DNA of 64,000 nt from the NCBI RefSeq assembly GCF_009914755.1, contig NC_060943.1, one strand, 5' to 3'. This DNA comes from the human T2T-CHM13v2.0 reference genome, Homo sapiens. Under the pieces are notes generated by a model that searched no databases, was not told the DNA's origin, and saw nothing but the letters and a program-made list of their open reading frames with translations. A program made the translations under genes and the position numbers. Every line of letters starts with the position of its first letter. The first letter of the stretch is position 1. Positions 63,530 through 64,000 of the stretch are shown piece after piece.

Positions 63530-64000
63530 GTGAGTTGGGGCCCCTGGGGGCCAGGGAGGGGTGGCCCACAGTGACCTCCCTCAGAGAAGTCATTTGCTTC
63601 CTGCCTCAGTTTCCCCTCCCACCTCTTCCTGTCACTTTGTTTCTGAGCTCCCCCTTGGTATCTCCTGCTACCCCGCATCCGTATTTTTGATGTCTCTCTC
63701 CCCCTCTCAGGCTTGAATCCACTTCCTTGTGGCTTTGTATCTCTCTCTGCCCATCCCATATTCAGACAATGTATTTTCATGTTCCTTTCCTTCTTTTTGT
63801 TCGTATTTTTAAAAATTGTGTTCTCTAACAGTTCAGATACGGAATACTATACCCAACACCCTTGAACCCACAACCCAGTCTGAGTAATCAAATCTTACTG
63901 ATGTGGTTGAAAGAAAGCCCCTGTTTATGCCCCTCCACATTCACACCCCAGCCATGTTTTTTTTGTTTGTTTTTGTTTGTTTGTTTTTTAATTGAAGTGT

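Overview
Human (great-ape-type) genomic DNA recognisable as the chr19q13.33 cluster NAPSA(-) / NR1H2(+) / POLD1(+) / 5' end of SPIB(+). I rebuilt the spliced CDSs by hand from GT-AG junctions. NAPSA has 9 coding exons (1263 nt, 420 aa), NR1H2/LXR-beta has 8 (1386 nt, 461 aa), and POLD1 has 26 (3324 nt, 1107 aa). All three close in frame on the expected stop. Only the first two SPIB coding exons lie in the window. The rest is very Alu-dense, with a full-length SVA, MER41, MER21-like and other LTRs, L1/L2/MLT/MER fragments and several minisatellites. Most long ORFs in the supplied track are Alu-derived or GC-rich artefacts. I see no new gene or wholly new system. The best second-look items are: (1) an Alu target-site duplication that copied the POLD1 exon-14 donor and created an in-frame +26 aa acceptor; (2) a cryptic ~21-bp-period ETS-motif array in NAPSA introns 4-5 that flips polarity at a palindrome; (3) ~640-bp direct repeats with an identical CTCF-like site flanking NAPSA; (4) a MER41 LTR with two intact GAS sites 1.4 kb upstream of NR1H2; (5) TGACCT nuclear-receptor half-site arrays in POLD1 introns; (6) a spliced NR1H2 uORF; and (7) a phase-compatible POLD1-SPIB read-through. 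Repeat boundaries and subfamily names were judged by eye and are approximate.
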